Shown here in pieces: positions 62,014 through 64,000 of a stretch of DNA of 64,000 bases. The notes under the pieces were generated by a model, which was not told the DNA's origin, searched no databases, and worked only from the letters and a program-made list of their open reading frames with translations. Within the stretch, counting starts at the first letter, position 1, and each line of letters starts with the position of its first letter. The DNA is taken from the NCBI GenBank assembly GCA_026647365.1, contig JAPKGW010000006.1:8977-72976 (forward strand), written 5' to 3'. The stretch comes from Phycisphaerales bacterium. Lineage in GTDB: Bacteria > Planctomycetota > Phycisphaerae > Phycisphaerales > UBA5793. Made by a program: the position numbers and the translations under genes.

Positions 62014-63068
62014 GCTGTGGGAGTTTCTTCAGGGCCTGAGACGACGCCGACGGAGCGCGGCAGGTCGAGCATTTTCTGGCCGGGCACATAGTCGGTCAAA
62101 ACGATGCGTCGCACGTGCTGAAGCGCCTCGATCGTTCCGTTCATGCGGGCCAGGCAGGATCGGATGCGGGCGAGACGGTCGGGCAACTCGGCCGCGGCAT
62201 CAGCGCGGCGGTGCAGCAACTGGACCTGGAGTTCGATGATAGCCAGGGCGTTGTTGAGTTCGTGGCTGAGCGTCCGGGCCGCCTGGTGGAGCGTTTCGAC
62301 CTTGCGCTGCTCGTTGGCGGCGAGCTGCTCGGCGAGGTGGTTGTAGGTTGCCGCGAGCAGACCGAACTCGCCGGGCAGATCCGTCGGGACACGGTAATCG
62401 AATCGCTCGCGCGCCCATTCTCCGCTGGCGCGCCGGAGCAGGTCCACCGGGCGCAACACCATCCCCGTAATGCGCAGCACGACGAGAACGGAGATGTTGA
62501 CCACGACGATGGCGGCGACAGCAATGCCCAGCACCACCCATCGGAAATAACCCGTGATCTCCACCTGCCGCGAGGAGGCCAGCGCCCGGGCATTGCGCGT
62601 CAGGGCGAGGATGTCCGCCTGCATCGCGCCCTGCTCCGCCAGCAGTTCATGACCGAGTTCCACCTCTTCACCTCTGTCGAGCGCATCGGCCAGCGACCCC
62701 AACTCGTCGGCGAGGATCGGAAGGTTGTCGCCAAGTCGGTCGCGGATGGCCGGGCCGGGCGAGTCTGCGGGCCAGTCGAGGTCTTCCGCGAGGAGGCGCT
62801 CCAGGCTCAGACGGATCTCGCCGGCCCCTCGGCGCAGGTCTTCGCTGCAGGGCCGTCCGCCCGCCTCCCGGGCAAGGACCATGCGAGTCTCAATGTCAAT
62901 GACCAGCCCGCCCAGGTCGTGCAGCCGGGCGATGTAGGCGGTCGTTACGGCCCGGCTCTCGTCGAGGCGCTCCAGGAGCCGCTCGAGGAGGACCACGGCA
63001 CCAATGGCCAGGACCGCAAAGAGGGCGATCAATGAGCCAAGCCCGAGAAGAAGTTTGCGACGCAGCAT
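62010..63068 (-). CDS. TM sensor - HAMP - DHp (HisKA-like) protein lacking an ATPase domain
   Basis: TM1 LLLGLGSLIALFAVLAIGAVVLL, a ~170-aa extracytoplasmic helical region, TM2, a HAMP-like segment (LRPVDLLRRASGEWA...LLAATYNHLAEQL), and an H box TLSHELNNAL. It ends ~75 aa later with no N/G boxes. The start (ATG at 63068) is uncertain. Confidence 0.8.
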   Translation of the reverse strand: MLRRKLLLGLGSLIALFAVLAIGAVVLLERLLERLDESRAVTTAYIARLHDLGGLVIDIETRMVLAREAGGRPCSEDLRRGAGEIRLSLERLLAEDLDWPADSPGPAIRDRLGDNLPILADELGSLADALDRGEEVELGHELLAEQGAMQADILALTRNARALASSRQVEITGYFRWVVLGIAVAAIVVVNISVLVVLRITGMVLRPVDLLRRASGEWARERFDYRVPTDLPGEFGLLAATYNHLAEQLAANEQRKVETLHQAARTLSHELNNALAIIELQVQLLHRRADAAAELPDRLARIRSCLARMNGTIEALQHVRRIVLTDYVPGQKMLDLPRSVGVVSGPEETPTA

Positions 63069-63153
63069 TCCTCCGGCACCATGCAAGCGGCGCGCCGCGA
63101 AGAGGCGGCACGCCGATTGCACCCGCATTTCGAGTACCCGGACGGAAGCCACC

Positions 63154-63591
63154 ATGTCGAATCTGATCGAAACTCCGATCCCGTTGCCGCAATCCCCGCG
63201 CCCGACATTACCGGCCTCGGGTCGGGTGCCCGAGACGCCCGCGGACCGCCGCCTGAGGCGCGATCTGCGGACACTCTCTCTGTTCATCGAAACCTGGTGC
63301 CGCGCACATCACGCCCGCCGGCGAAATTCCCCGGTGCGGATGAAGTCGCATGATGTGCCGGCCATTGCGGGCTGCGAAGTCTCGCTCTGCGCGTCCTGCA
63401 GGAAACTGCTGCAGCACTCGTGGGTGAAGCGGACGACCTGCCCTCTTGACCCCAAGCCCGCGTGCAAGCACTGCCCCTCGCACTGCTACCACCCGCACTA
63501 CCGGCGGCGGATCAGGATGGTGATGCGCGACTCGGGCCGGCGCTTGCTCATGCGCGGCCGACTCGACTACCTGCTGAAACTGCTCTTCTGA
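63154..63591 (+). CDS. Nitrous-oxide-stimulated-promoter family (YgbA-like) Cys-rich protein
   Basis: CASCRKLLQHSWVKRTTCPLDPKPACKHCPSHCYHPHYRRRIRMVMRDSGRRLLMR matches, from memory, the YgbA pattern ...C..C....A..R...CP....KPAC..CP.HCY.P..... Confidence 0.8.
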   Translation: MSNLIETPIPLPQSPRPTLPASGRVPETPADRRLRRDLRTLSLFIETWCRAHHARRRNSPVRMKSHDVPAIAGCEVSLCASCRKLLQHSWVKRTTCPLDPKPACKHCPSHCYHPHYRRRIRMVMRDSGRRLLMRGRLDYLLKLLF

Positions 63592-63609
63592 GAGACGGAC
63601 CGCGACGGC

Positions 63610-64000
63610 TCATTCGTCCGACTTGGCGATCCCGAGTTCCTCCATCTTTCGATAGAGTGAGGAGAGGCCGATGCCGAGGTGGCGCGAGCATTCGTTCTTG
63701 TCGTAGCCGTGGCGGCGGAGCGAGTAGAGGATGTGCTGGCGTTCGAACTGGCGCAGGGCTTCGCGGAGTTCCTCCCCGCCTTCGCCGGTCGCCTCGCCGC
63801 CGCCGAAGGGCAGATCGGCGACACCGATCTCATGGGAGTCGGCGAAGATGACGGCTCGCTCAACGACGTTCTCGAGTTCGCGGATGTTGCCCGGCCAGTC
63901 ATGGCTCAGCAGGGCGCGCATGGCGCCGTTTGTCATGCCTGGCACGGGCTTGTTCATCTGGCTCGCATACTTCCTGAGGAAGTGATGCGCGAGAAGCGGG
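63610..64000 (-). CDS. Sigma-54-dependent transcriptional activator, C-terminal part (5' end outside window)
   Basis: ...LLSHDWPGNIRELENVVERAVI (end of the AAA+ sigma54-interaction domain), plus a Fis-type HTH (NKNECSRHLGIGLSSLYRKMEELGI). The reading frame stays open to the window edge. Confidence 0.88.
   Translation of the reverse strand, partial: PLLAHHFLRKYASQMNKPVPGMTNGAMRALLSHDWPGNIRELENVVERAVIFADSHEIGVADLPFGGGEATGEGGEELREALRQFERQHILYSLRRHGYDKNECSRHLGIGLSSLYRKMEELGIAKSDE

Overview
High-GC bacterial chromosome segment, roughly 65-70% G+C by eye. It is most consistent with Planctomycetota (Phycisphaerae-like): it has a DUF1559 / H-X9-DG prepilin-type protein, a 23S-5S rRNA pair with no 16S gene, a short 5S, and many signal-peptide proteins. 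The ORF track is full of long mirror-frame ORFs typical of high-GC DNA, and these were discarded. Gene content from left to right: (1) a chaperone supercluster, groEL1 - small orphan ORF - groES - groEL2 - dnaJ - grpE - FmdB zinc ribbon; (2) housekeeping and accessory genes (DUF1080, MFS, FGE-family, tRNA-Tyr, DUF1559, Sua5/TsaC); (3) two lower-GC patches carrying secreted proteins; (4) an HExxH protein, M19 dipeptidase, TPR lipoprotein, pfk, and an SPC-motif P-type ATPase; (5) more secreted proteins; (6) a 23S-5S rRNA unit on the minus strand with a good sigma70-like promoter and terminator; (7) directly upstream, a three-gene operon headed by a PilM-PilN fusion; (8) a methyltransferase, smc and lpxB; (9) the S10-spc ribosomal protein cluster (rpsJ to secY) with several atypically extended proteins; (10) a two-component / sigma54 region with a kinase-domain-less HAMP-DHp protein and a YgbA-like Cys-rich protein. 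Two candidates for something new stand out. The first is the PilMN-led trans-envelope module, whose three proteins share G/M/E-rich linkers. The second is a ~85-100 aa Cys-containing C-terminal domain ending C-x-x-S-N, shared by four otherwise unrelated secreted proteins. All family assignments come from motif recognition by eye. No database search was run.
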